DNA from: an uncultured Micavibrio sp.
GTDB taxonomy: Bacteria > Patescibacteriota > Minisyncoccia > Moranbacterales > GCA-2747515
NCBI GenBank assembly: GCA_964427825.1
Contig: CAYRUU010000003.1
Span: forward strand, 1 to 41,664
Length of the DNA stretch: 41,664 nt
Direction: 5' to 3'
The translations under genes were made by a program, and so were the position numbers. The stretch's first letter is position 1, and every line of letters starts with the position of its first letter. A model generated the notes under the pieces. It was given only the letters and a program-made list of their open reading frames with translations, was not told the DNA's origin and did no database searches. Shown here one piece after another: positions 1 through 7,976 of this stretch.

Positions 1-133
1 TGCCATCACCAAGCCCCGTAGTGAGCCCCGGGTGGACGTAGTAGTATTTTACGGCATAGGTAGTATGAGCAAAGAAAAGCGCGCCCGCAAAAAGAAGCAT
101 CAAAGTCAAAAGAGATCGTGAGAGGATGTGCAT
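1..133 (-). CDS. Partial CDS (5' end only, runs off the window start): signal-peptide/TM N-terminus of a probable secreted protein
   Basis: Manual minus-strand translation from the ATG at 133..131 gives MHILSRSLLTLMLLFAGALFFAHTTYAVKYYYVHPGLTTGLGDG and stays open to position 1. It has a hydrophobic core followed by a small-residue cleavage-like site. It is too short for the ORF track and has no clear SD. Confidence 0.3.
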   Translation of the reverse strand, partial: MHILSRSLLTLMLLFAGALFFAHTTYAVKYYYVHPGLTTGLGDG

Positions 134-153
134 ATTTTGATATGATGATGTGT

Positions 154-1110
154 TTATGTTTTCTCTAGTATAGCTTTGTAACATTGCAGCGTCAAGTTTA
201 CACGTGCCAGTTCAGCCAATCTTTCCATGGGAGTTAATCCATTCATCCCCAATCCACGATGCTTTTTTCGGTAATTGTAGTAATGCAGGAATAGATTTAA
301 TTTGTATTGCATGGTATCTAGAGAATCTTTGGGATAGAAACCCCAACAGAGGGCTTTCTCATTTAATGTGCGGTGAAATCTTTCAATCTTACCATTTTCT
401 TCCGGACAATAGGGAGTGTTGTTCCGATAGTGGATGTTTTGTTTTTGCAGGAAATCCTTGACTGAATTAGCAATAAACTCCTTACCTTGATCGGTTCTGA
501 TTTTTTGAATTTTGAAAGGGGCTCTTTGTGAAACTTTTTCTAGAAAATCTAGAGTATTTTCTTGGTTGGCTTTTTCATAAGACCAAGCAAAAACCCAGCG
601 GGTGGCATCATCGATGATGGTATAGATCACCGTACCTTCTTTGTAGCCCCACGGATACTTGGTGTCCATTTGCAGTTCTTTGCCTGGAATTTGATGGGCA
701 TAGAGTTGTTTTTTCCAACGTTTCTTGGTCCACGTCTGATACTTACCATAACGGATTCCTTTTCTTTTTAAAATGCGGTAGATGGTGGTTGGATGTAAAG
801 TGAGGTGGTATTCAAATTGTAAGTGGTCAGATAGAGTTTCCACTCCATCGTAGTAATATTGTTGAGCCAAATTAACCACTAATTGTTCAACTTCATCCGA
901 GGTACGATTATGAGCAGTGTGTGAATGCTTCCTTTTTTGTTTTAAGAGTCCTGCCAGTCCGAATCTTTTGTAGCGATGAAGCCATTTGTAGATAGTTTGA
1001 CGAGTTACCTTAAATTCTTCCGCAACTGCTGTAACCTTGCTTTGTTTGTTAATGATTTGAATGAGTTTTTCTTCTTGCAACATGAGATAACGATTATCGT
1101 ATTTATTCAT
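154..1110 (-). CDS. DDE transposase, IS481-family-like (N-terminal HTH plus rve/integrase core)
   Basis: 318-aa ORF. HTH: VTRQTIYKWLHRYKRFG. Integrase-core DDE candidates: D in LQMDTKY, D in IRTDQGKEF, E in CPEENGKIERFHRTL. The stop codon (154-156) lies outside the left inverted repeat. Confidence 0.85.
   Translation of the reverse strand: MNKYDNRYLMLQEEKLIQIINKQSKVTAVAEEFKVTRQTIYKWLHRYKRFGLAGLLKQKRKHSHTAHNRTSDEVEQLVVNLAQQYYYDGVETLSDHLQFEYHLTLHPTTIYRILKRKGIRYGKYQTWTKKRWKKQLYAHQIPGKELQMDTKYPWGYKEGTVIYTIIDDATRWVFAWSYEKANQENTLDFLEKVSQRAPFKIQKIRTDQGKEFIANSVKDFLQKQNIHYRNNTPYCPEENGKIERFHRTLNEKALCWGFYPKDSLDTMQYKLNLFLHYYNYRKKHRGLGMNGLTPMERLAELARVNLTLQCYKAILEKT
170..203. repeat. Left terminal inverted repeat of the IS element
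   Basis: Pairs with the reverse complement of 1161-1196. The core 176-190 matches apart from a 1-nt indel, and 195-203 (AGTTTACAC) matches exactly. Confidence 0.7.
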
Positions 1111-1160
1111 TGAGTTTAAGCTGAAAATTTAACTTTTCAGTTTACTTTTCTATTGGAAAA

Positions 1161-1196
1161 GTGTAAACTCCTTTGCTGCAATGTTAACAAGCATAT
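1161..1196. repeat. Right terminal inverted repeat of the IS element
   Basis: Its reverse complement, TTGTTAACATTGCAGC...AGTTTACAC, matches 176-203. Confidence 0.7.
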
Positions 1197-1204
1197 GAAC
1201 AGAA

Positions 1205-1234
1205 CACAAACAAAAAACAAGCAGTGATGCTTGT
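1205..1234 (-). terminator. Rho-independent terminator downstream of the 573-aa surface protein gene
   Basis: Stem ACAAGCA (1217-1223) / TGCTTGT (1228-1234) with loop GTGA. On the minus strand it is followed by UUUUUGUUUGUG. Confidence 0.6.
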
Positions 1235-1255
1235 TTTTCGTGTGTTATGTTTTTG

Positions 1256-2977
1256 TTATGCACGTTTCTTCATGCGACGATTGGTGATGTAGGCTGCTGT
1301 CATGGCCATGCCTGTGGCAATGGCTGCACTTGTGGCGCCAACACCGGTTTTGGGTGATTGTGTGGCTCCTGTGACTTTTGTCGGGCAGTAGTAGCCAAAG
1401 TCGGCTTTTTTGAAGTGCTCGTCATCATCAAGTTTCTTTTTGGTCTTGTGATCAAGCTTGCCGTCATAGTCATAGGTGGGATAGCATCCCTGTGGCAGTG
1501 TATTTGTGTCTACCACGACTGTGTAGGTGCCTTCGCAGAGATCTTTGAATTTGTACTTTCCTGTACTATTGGTTTTGTCACGTTCCACATCATCACCATT
1601 GTAGAGTTTGAGACGGACATCTGCGATACCGCGCTCCCCATTGTCTTGGATACCGTTTTTGTTGGTGTCGTTCCAGACGAGGTCACCGATGGAGGCATCA
1701 CATTTTTCTTTGGTGGGTTTTTTGGGTGGCGTCACGGGTGGTTCTGGGGGCGTGACTGGTGGTGTTGGCGGTGTGACGGGTGGTGTTGGCGGCGTGACGG
1801 GATCGTCTTTTACGCGCACATCACTGTCATCACACACACTCAACTTCGTCTTGCCATCCATTGTCATCGCCGTTGCTGTTGCAAGATTTGTATAGGATTT
1901 TTGGACATTCTCCTGTGTACAAGTATAGGAAAACACTTCTTTGGGATCAAAGGTCGCACCGTACAATTTCGCCGTTTGCGCGGCGCTGCGATTGCAATCT
2001 GGCGCAAGTGGATCGTCAATGACAACATGTGTCAAAACGTCATCACCGCTATTCATCACACGTATCGTAAATGTTGCCGTGCCGCCCTTCTTCACCGTCT
2101 GCGTATCACCAGACTTGTCGCCATTGCTCTTATCAATAGCAATCGCCACGCGTGCCTTTGTCGCACTGCATGCGACAACGGCATCGCCGTAACCGCATTC
2201 CCACTGCCATGTGCCGCTCACCTCACGCATACCGGCAGGATTACCCACACTGCACAAGCCGGTCGTCGGTGCCACGCTGTAGGACTTGCCGTTTGCCGAA
2301 CCACACTGCGGCTTTGGTTGTGGTTTTGGCTGTGGTTTTGCATCACACTGCACTGTTGTACCGCCGCCAGTGCCAACACATGCCCATGCCCATGCCGAGG
2401 CAGACGCCGCACCGCTTACCGCGGTTGCCGCACCGACGGAACACAAGTTTGTCGTCGGTTTTGTCGGCAGTGTCTGTCCGTCTGCGCTGCCGCATACGCC
2501 GTTGACTTTTGGTGTAAGAGAAATGGCATCAATCGTCATGATCGTCAAACTTTCAATGCTGCGTGCCTGTTTTAATGTATATGCGTGTTGCACGACAATC
2601 GTATTGGCACCCGCGTTCAGAGTATATGTGCCCTCAACATTCTGTCGCGTCACAGTACCCTGCGCCTCGCATGGACCAGGATCTGCAATCATTGGTGTGC
2701 GCTGCCCATTGATCGTCATGAAAAACGACTCCTGATCTTGGCACTCCATGTGATTGCCGCGCTCAACAACCACCTCAAAGCGATACGCCCCACCCTGTGG
2801 CACAGTGATCGTCGTTGTGCGACTGGTGGCGCATTGCGGTTTATCCTTCGGGAGATACGAACACAATTGCAGCGGCGTTGTGACTGATCCGTCCGCCGCA
2901 TATACCGACGGCACAACAAAAAGCGCACTCGCAACAAGTGCCATCGCAACCATGTTGATCAAAAATGATTTCCCCAT
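1256..2977 (-). CDS. Secreted cell-surface protein with a sortase-type C-terminal sorting signal (SPKTG + hydrophobic segment + RRMKKRA). Contains a DUF11-like repeat domain, a Pro-rich linker and an SdrD-B/Cna-B-like domain.
   Basis: 573 aa. Signal peptide MGKSFLINMVAMALVASALFVVPSVYA|AD. Two Cys-rich modules (CGSA[DN]G...LCSVG...WxWxC). [15 protein letters not shown] domain. (PVTPPTP)n linker. GDLVWNDTNKNGIQDNGERGIADV motif typical of SdrD B-like domains. SPKTG followed by a TM segment and a basic tail. Confidence 0.85.
   Translation of the reverse strand: MGKSFLINMVAMALVASALFVVPSVYAADGSVTTPLQLCSYLPKDKPQCATSRTTTITVPQGGAYRFEVVVERGNHMECQDQESFFMTINGQRTPMIADPGPCEAQGTVTRQNVEGTYTLNAGANTIVVQHAYTLKQARSIESLTIMTIDAISLTPKVNGVCGSADGQTLPTKPTTNLCSVGAATAVSGAASASAWAWACVGTGGGTTVQCDAKPQPKPQPKPQCGSANGKSYSVAPTTGLCSVGNPAGMREVSGTWQWECGYGDAVVACSATKARVAIAIDKSNGDKSGDTQTVKKGGTATFTIRVMNSGDDVLTHVVIDDPLAPDCNRSAAQTAKLYGATFDPKEVFSYTCTQENVQKSYTNLATATAMTMDGKTKLSVCDDSDVRVKDDPVTPPTPPVTPPTPPVTPPEPPVTPPKKPTKEKCDASIGDLVWNDTNKNGIQDNGERGIADVRLKLYNGDDVERDKTNSTGKYKFKDLCEGTYTVVVDTNTLPQGCYPTYDYDGKLDHKTKKKLDDDEHFKKADFGYYCPTKVTGATQSPKTGVGATSAAIATGMAMTAAYITNRRMKKRA
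1727..1802. repeat. In-frame tandem repeat of about 21 nt encoding the (PVTPPTP)n linker
   Basis: The plus strand reads GGTGGTGTTGGCGGTGTGACG-like units about 3.5 times. Protein: PVTPPTPPVTPPTPPVTPPEPPVTPP. Coordinates are approximate. Confidence 0.7.
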
Positions 2978-3047
2978 AGAATACCCTCAAAAATTATTGA
3001 ATGATGCCATGCTCCCATGTTGTTACGCACAAGAGTCTTGACTGTGC

Positions 3048-3076
3048 ATCATAGCAATTTTTGGGAGATTTGTCAA
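3048..3076 (-). promoter_or_regulatory. Sigma70-type promoter of the 573-aa surface protein gene: TTGACA-N17-TATGAT
   Basis: Minus strand: TTGACA (3076-3071), a 17-nt spacer, TATGAT (3053-3048). A GAGGG SD lies 6 nt before the ATG at 2977. Confidence 0.55.
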
Positions 3077-3102
3077 CAGCTATGCCTAAACACTTCCTTC
3101 TG

Positions 3103-3137
3103 CCAAAAACGCAAAACCCGCCTCGTGTGAGACGGGT
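3103..3137 (-). terminator. Rho-independent terminator downstream of the 316-aa surface protein gene
   Basis: Stem 3116-3124 / 3129-3137 (ACCCGCCTC / GAGACGGGT, one mismatch), loop GTGT. On the minus strand it is followed by UUUUGCGUUUUUGG. Confidence 0.55.
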
Positions 3138-3192
3138 CTGCCCTTGAAAACATGCGGACATGTACGCACTGTAAAGACATCTGTTTTGGAGA

Positions 3193-4143
3193 TTATCGCA
3201 CGCTCATAAAGCGACGAGAACCCCATGCCATACCGGCTGCCGACATGGCGGCGATGATCATGTTTGCGGATGTGCTCACACCTGTACGGGGAGACGTCTT
3301 CGGTGCCACAGTCTTTGTCGGACAGTAGTAACCAAAATCCGCATTCTTGTAGTGCTCATCATTGTCAAGGTTCACTTTCGTTTTGTGATCAAGTTTACCA
3401 TCTTTGTCATACGTTTGATAGCATCCTTTTGGCAAAGTATCTTCCGACACCTTGACGGTATAGTCACCTTCACACAAATCGTCAATGGTGTAATGTCCAG
3501 ATCCGTTTGTCTTATCAGAGAACGTGTTATTGCCCTTGGTCACGGAAAGTTTCACGCCGGCAATACCCTCTTCTCCCGCATCCTTCAGACCGTTTTTATT
3601 GCGATCGTTCCAGACAAGGTCACCGATCGATGCATCACATTTCTCTTCTTTTTTCGGCTTCTTCGGTTCCTCGGGCTTCTTTGGCTCCTCTGGCTTCTTT
3701 GGCTCTTCTGGCTTTGTCGCCAACGTCACCCAACTGTCATCACACACCGTCACAAGTGTCTTGCCATCTGTCGTTTTTGCCGTCACAGTTGCTTCGGCGG
3801 AAAACGCAGCGTGCACATCTTTCTTGGTACAGGTATAGGTGACAACCTCCTTTGGGTCAAATGTGCCGCCATAGAGTTTTTTCATCTCTTCCGCGGAACG
3901 ATTACAGTCAGATACACCAGGAACATTGATTGCCACATGTGTCATTTCTTCGTCACCGCTGTTCATCACGCGAATCGTGAATGTTGCGGTACCACCCTTT
4001 TGCACGGCCTGCGTATCTCCCGTCAACGTGCCGTTTTGCATATCCACGGCAATGGATGACTTGGCATGCGCCGGAACCGTACCGATAATTGTTCCCAGGG
4101 CAATAACTGCCACGACGGGAATCACTTTAATCATAGCATTCAT
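3193..4143 (-). CDS. Secreted cell-surface protein, shorter paralog of 1256-2977, with an SPRTG sorting signal
   Basis: 316 aa. Signal peptide ...GTVPAHA|KSS. Same [15 protein letters not shown] domain. (PEEPKK)n linker. [24 protein letters not shown] SdrD-B-like domain. SPRTG + hydrophobic segment + RRFMSVR. Collinear with the C-terminal 300 aa of the larger paralog, with well over half the residues identical by eye. Confidence 0.85.
   Translation of the reverse strand: MNAMIKVIPVVAVIALGTIIGTVPAHAKSSIAVDMQNGTLTGDTQAVQKGGTATFTIRVMNSGDEEMTHVAINVPGVSDCNRSAEEMKKLYGGTFDPKEVVTYTCTKKDVHAAFSAEATVTAKTTDGKTLVTVCDDSWVTLATKPEEPKKPEEPKKPEEPKKPKKEEKCDASIGDLVWNDRNKNGLKDAGEEGIAGVKLSVTKGNNTFSDKTNGSGHYTIDDLCEGDYTVKVSEDTLPKGCYQTYDKDGKLDHKTKVNLDNDEHYKNADFGYYCPTKTVAPKTSPRTGVSTSANMIIAAMSAAGMAWGSRRFMSVR
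3655..3714. repeat. In-frame tandem repeat of 18 nt encoding the (PEEPKK)n linker
   Basis: The plus strand has CTTCTTTGGCTCCTCTGG-like units about 3.3 times. Protein: [23 protein letters not shown]. Coordinates are approximate. Confidence 0.7.
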
Positions 4144-4200
4144 AGATTTCTTATTACGAGATGATTTACAGTGCTATGTCTTTTCTCAACATAACCGCCT

Positions 4201-4229
4201 ATTATATCACCTTTTTGACTTTTTGTCAA
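4201..4229 (-). promoter_or_regulatory. Perfect consensus sigma70 promoter (TTGACA-N17-TATAAT) for the 316-aa surface protein gene
   Basis: Minus strand: TTGACA (4229-4224), exactly 17 nt, TATAAT (4206-4201), about 57 nt upstream of the ATG at 4143. The -35 element lies inside the palindrome TTGACTTTTTGTCAA (4215-4229). Confidence 0.6.
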
Positions 4230-4357
4230 TAGTATGTTTTCCCCACGTATTTTGACAAAAAATGTCCTTTGTGTCTTTCTGAAAACCTCTCACATGCTAT
4301 CCACAGCCTCATCCCCCCTTTATGCACCGCTGCACATTCGCCTGCGCGCGATTTTCC

Positions 4358-4366
4358 TGCTATACT
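4358..4366 (+). promoter_or_regulatory. Extended -10 element TGcTATACT upstream of dnaB
   Basis: TGCTATACT lies 36 nt upstream of the dnaB ATG. The -35 is poor. The same TGnTATACT motif recurs upstream of other genes in the window. Confidence 0.35.
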
Positions 4367-4402
4367 GAAAACTACGTAATTCCTCCTCTACCGTTTTGAC
4401 CT

Positions 4403-5764
4403 ATGCCTGCACAAGAACAACATCCCTCCGCCGGTCTGCGCGTGCCACCGCATGCGCCCGATGCTGAAAAAGCCGTTTTGGGAGCGCTCATGGTGGATAA
4501 AGATGCCATTACCAAGATTGCCGACATTGTGCGTGTGGGTGATTTCTATGTCGCAGCACACAATACCATCTACGATGCTATGCTGTCACTCTATGAAAGC
4601 AGTGACCCGATTGACGTTTTGAGTATTTCCAACTTTTTGGAAGAGCGCAAGAAGATGCGTGACGTCGGTGGTGCAAGTTACGTTGCCTCGCTGGTACGTG
4701 GCGTCACAAGCGCATCCAACATCGCTTACTACGCCAAAATCATCCAAAAGAAAGCCGTCCTCCGTCGCCTCATCGCCGCTGCGGCAACCATCAACGAACT
4801 CGGCTACAACGAATCCGAAGACTTGGAAAAAATCCTGGACGACGCCGAACAAACCCTGTTTGGCATCTCGCAGAGTTCTCTTAAGCAAGAGTTCACCCCC
4901 ATCAAAAAGATTTTGGGCGAAGCATTTGACCGCCTTGATGATCTCCACAAAAACCGCGGTGTCATGCGCGGCGTCCCCACGGGATTCACGGATTTGGATG
5001 GGCTGTTGTCCGGCTTGCAGCGCTCCGACCTCATCATCCTCGCGGCACGCCCATCCGTCGGAAAAACATCTCTCGCTTTGGACATCGCCCGTCAAGTCGG
5101 CACACTGTCCAAGGTTCCCGTCGGCATTTTTTCCCTGGAGATGTCCGCTGATCAACTTGTGGATCGCATGATTGCCGCCGAAGCGCATTTGGATCTCTGG
5201 CGTCTGCGCACTGGCAATCTCAAAGACAGCGACTTCACACAAATCAGCCAAACCATGGGCAAATTGTCTGAAGCGCCGATTTTCATTGACGACACGTCCA
5301 GCGCCAACATCATGGAAATGCGTACCATGGCGCGTCGCCTCCAAGCAGAACACAATCTCGGACTCATCATCATTGACTACTTACAGCTCATGGAAGGACG
5401 TGGGCGCTATAGTGACAACCGTGTGCAGGAAATCTCCGAAATCTCCCGCGGCTTGAAAACCCTCGCCAAAGAACTCAATATTCCGATTCTCGCACTCTCA
5501 CAGCTTTCTCGTGCCGTGGAATCGCGTCCCGATCAACGTCCACGCCTCTCCGACTTGCGCGAATCCGGCTCCATTGAGCAGGACGCTGATGTCGTAATGT
5601 TTATCTATCGCGAAGACCGCGTCAATCCAGACACACAAAACAAAGGTGTGGCGGAGATTATCATCGCCAAACACCGCAACGGTCCTGTGGGTATGAAACA
5701 GCTCTATTTTCACGAAGAATCAGCATCCTATAAAAATTTGGAAAAAGTCCATGCGGCACCGTAG
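4403..5764 (+). CDS. dnaB: Replicative DNA helicase DnaB
   Basis: 453 aa. N-terminal PPHAPDAEKAVLGALM. Walker A ARPSVGKTSLAL. GIFSLEMS, IIDYLQLM and LSQLSRAVE motifs. Confidence 0.95.
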   Translation: MPAQEQHPSAGLRVPPHAPDAEKAVLGALMVDKDAITKIADIVRVGDFYVAAHNTIYDAMLSLYESSDPIDVLSISNFLEERKKMRDVGGASYVASLVRGVTSASNIAYYAKIIQKKAVLRRLIAAAATINELGYNESEDLEKILDDAEQTLFGISQSSLKQEFTPIKKILGEAFDRLDDLHKNRGVMRGVPTGFTDLDGLLSGLQRSDLIILAARPSVGKTSLALDIARQVGTLSKVPVGIFSLEMSADQLVDRMIAAEAHLDLWRLRTGNLKDSDFTQISQTMGKLSEAPIFIDDTSSANIMEMRTMARRLQAEHNLGLIIIDYLQLMEGRGRYSDNRVQEISEISRGLKTLAKELNIPILALSQLSRAVESRPDQRPRLSDLRESGSIEQDADVVMFIYREDRVNPDTQNKGVAEIIIAKHRNGPVGMKQLYFHEESASYKNLEKVHAAP

Positions 5765-5799
5765 TTGTATAGGATGCGAATATTTTTAAATTTTACACT

Positions 5800-6414
5800 G
5801 TGTTCCCCCTATCACTCCAACAACTCATTACCCAATTTTCCACACTGCCCGGCGTCGGACCAAAAATGGCAGAGCGATTGGCCTTGCACGTCTTCAAACA
5901 AGGAGGCGACTATGCCGATGCTTTTGCCGCGCACCTCACCGCCATCAAAGACGTCTCCACGTGCACGGTATGTTTCAACATTGCACAAGGCGACCATTGC
6001 ACCATCTGCGCCGACCGACACCGCAACGGGCAAAAACTCTGCATCGTGGAAGAATCGTTGGATATCATCCCCATTGAACGATCACGTGCATTCAACGGCA
6101 TCTACCACGTTCTCGGCGGCACACTCAAAAAAAATGACGCTACACACCTCACCATTGACGCCCTCATGGAGCGCATCTCCGCCGAAACCATCACCGAAGT
6201 CATTATTGCGACAAATTTCACCACTGAAGGCGACATGACAGCGATGTTCCTCCAACAAAAACTCGCGCGCTATCCCCTCACAGTGTCACGTCTCGCCCGC
6301 GGACTTGCCACGGGCTCCGACATTGAATATGCCGACGACATGACCATTCGCAGTTCTCTCAACAATCGCGAAATCTTGCGCACCGACGACGCCATGGCAG
6401 GTGACGCTTCCTAA
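5800..6414 (+). CDS. recR: Recombination protein RecR
   Basis: 204 aa with a GTG start. LPGVGPKMAERLA helix-hairpin-helix, C4 zinc finger CTVCFNIAQGDHCTIC, and a Toprim region. Confidence 0.93.
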   Translation: MFPLSLQQLITQFSTLPGVGPKMAERLALHVFKQGGDYADAFAAHLTAIKDVSTCTVCFNIAQGDHCTICADRHRNGQKLCIVEESLDIIPIERSRAFNGIYHVLGGTLKKNDATHLTIDALMERISAETITEVIIATNFTTEGDMTAMFLQQKLARYPLTVSRLARGLATGSDIEYADDMTIRSSLNNREILRTDDAMAGDAS

Positions 6415-6469
6415 ACCTCACACAAAAACGCCACATCTCACAGAGGAGATGCAGCGTCATACGCACGCA

Positions 6470-7954
6470 TCACTTTTTTTCCGTGTGCAATTTTTCTTTC
6501 AAGATCGTCATCACCATCTGCGGATTTGCCCTGCCACCAGACGCCTTCATCACCTGACCCATCAAGTATTTGATGGCGTTTTCTTTGCCAGCGCGATAGT
6601 CTGCAACCGACTGCGCATGTGCGACAATCACCGCATCCACCTGCGCCTCCAGCGCACCGGGATCGGACACCTGTACAAGATGTTGCTCCTCAATAATGCG
6701 GCTGGGGTCGTCTTGGTCGCCATAGTACATTGCGTGTAATACTTTTTGCGCTGCCGATGAGTTGATAGTACCGTCGGCAACAATGGCGATCAATTCCGCA
6801 AAGTTTTCGGGAGAAATTGTCATATCGTCAACCGTGTGGCCCTCCTTGACCAAAAACTTCTGCAACTCACTGACAATGTAGTTTGCCGCAAGTGTGATCG
6901 CCTTGGATACATCTGTCTTCATCTCGCCGGATGCCTTTTTGTCGCCTAATTCGCTTGCCACATGTTCAAAGAAATGCGCCATGGGAAGATCCGCCGTCAG
7001 AACGGCAACATTCTCCGCACGCACGCCGTATTCCTCCATAAAGCGCTTCTCCTTCGCCTGCGGCAATTCTGGCAACGACTTCTCCAGCGCGGCAATGTCG
7101 GCGTCGGTAAATGTCAGCGGTGGGATGTCCGGATCGGGAAAATAGCGGTAGTCATTGGCGTTTTCCTTTGCACGCTGCGCCACGGTTTTTTCGTGCACAT
7201 CGTTCCATCCGCGCGTCTCCTGTGCGATATGTTCCCCCGCGTTCAATGCCGCCGTCTGCCGCACAATTTCATAGTCAATCGCCTTCTCCACTACGCGAAA
7301 TGAATTGAGGTTTTTGATCTCCACCTTTTGCCCACTAAGGCGATCGTCGCCATCTTTGTATAGAGAGATGTTCACCTCGCAACGCATTTGCCCTTTTTCC
7401 ATATCCGCATCTGCAATGCCAATATAGCGAAATAGTTGCTGTAACCGCTGACAAAAAGCGCGCGCCTGCTTGCCCGATATGATGTCCGGCTCCGTAACTA
7501 ACTCCATGAGTGGCGCACCGGCGCGATTGAGATCCACAAGAGAATACGCCGCACCTTGCGGGTGCGTGGATTTGCCGGTGTCTTCCTCTAAATGGATGCG
7601 CGTAATGCCGATGGGCACGCCGTCAATGTCAATGACGCCATTTTCACACAGCGGCATGTCGTATTGCGAAATCTGATAACCCTTGGGGAGGTCGGGATAA
7701 AAATAATTCTTACGGTCAAATTTGCTCTTACGCGCAATTGTGCAGCCTAGTGCCAAGCCGGCTTTTTGTACAAAGGCGATTGCCTCTTTGTTGGGCACAG
7801 GCAAGCTTCCTGGCTGCGCCGTCGTTACCGGATCAATGGCTTTATTGGGCGACTGCTCCGTGCCAAGAAGATTAGGCGCATTGGAAAACATTTTGGACGC
7901 CGTTTTCAGTTCCACGTGAATTTCCATGCCGATGGTTGGTCTGTATGTTGCCAT
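6470..7954 (-). CDS. gatB: Asp/Glu-tRNA(Asn/Gln) amidotransferase subunit B
   Basis: The ORF track starts at a TTG at 7969. The ATG at 7954 gives MATYRPTIGMEIHVELKT, the canonical GatB N-terminus. The C-terminal YqeY-like tail is present. No gatA or gatC is adjacent. Confidence 0.92.
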   Translation of the reverse strand: MATYRPTIGMEIHVELKTASKMFSNAPNLLGTEQSPNKAIDPVTTAQPGSLPVPNKEAIAFVQKAGLALGCTIARKSKFDRKNYFYPDLPKGYQISQYDMPLCENGVIDIDGVPIGITRIHLEEDTGKSTHPQGAAYSLVDLNRAGAPLMELVTEPDIISGKQARAFCQRLQQLFRYIGIADADMEKGQMRCEVNISLYKDGDDRLSGQKVEIKNLNSFRVVEKAIDYEIVRQTAALNAGEHIAQETRGWNDVHEKTVAQRAKENANDYRYFPDPDIPPLTFTDADIAALEKSLPELPQAKEKRFMEEYGVRAENVAVLTADLPMAHFFEHVASELGDKKASGEMKTDVSKAITLAANYIVSELQKFLVKEGHTVDDMTISPENFAELIAIVADGTINSSAAQKVLHAMYYGDQDDPSRIIEEQHLVQVSDPGALEAQVDAVIVAHAQSVADYRAGKENAIKYLMGQVMKASGGRANPQMVMTILKEKLHTEKK

Positions 7955-7976
7955 AGATGAGAGATGCAAAAAAAAA

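Larger units (their letters stand above)
170..1196 (-). mobile_element. IS481-family-like insertion sequence (one DDE transposase gene between imperfect terminal inverted repeats); ends uncertain by about 8 bp
   Basis: About 1 kb with a single transposase ORF. The inverted-repeat core is 176-203 (TTGTAACATTGCAGCGTCAAGTTTACAC) against the reverse complement of 1161-1190 (TTGTTAACATTGCAGCAAAGGAGTTTACAC), with weaker similarity out to 170/1196. The element is visibly more AT-rich than the flanks. Confidence 0.75.

Noticed and set aside
1727-1802. Short regularly spaced direct repeats that could superficially suggest a CRISPR-like array. Repeats also occur at 3655-3714 and about 24080-24150.
   Set aside because: The units are 18-21 nt with no spacers, are multiples of three, and lie in frame inside coding sequences, where they encode Pro- or Gln-rich linkers. 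No cas genes are present.
1358-2575. A 405-aa plus-strand ORF antisense to the 573-aa surface protein gene. Similar long shadow ORFs occur at 20138-20893, 25521-26327, 26918-28081, 28169-29086, 34817-35668 and 39385-40092.
   Set aside because: All lie fully inside strongly supported minus-strand genes with clear family motifs. Their translations are Arg/Cys/His/Trp-rich low-complexity strings with no recognisable motifs. This is typical of antisense frames in GC-rich coding DNA.
1256-4143. A diversity-generating retroelement targeting the surface proteins. DGRs are frequent in small-genome lineages.
   Set aside because: There is no reverse transcriptase gene. I saw no template/variable repeat pair with adenine-specific mismatches anywhere in the window. 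The paralog similarity is ordinary gene duplication.
4297-4305. A DnaA-box-like sequence, CTATCCACA, upstream of dnaB, raising the possibility of a replication origin.
   Set aside because: I found only a single 8/9 match. There is no cluster of boxes, no AT-rich unwinding element and no dnaA or dnaN nearby. It is insufficient for an oriC call.
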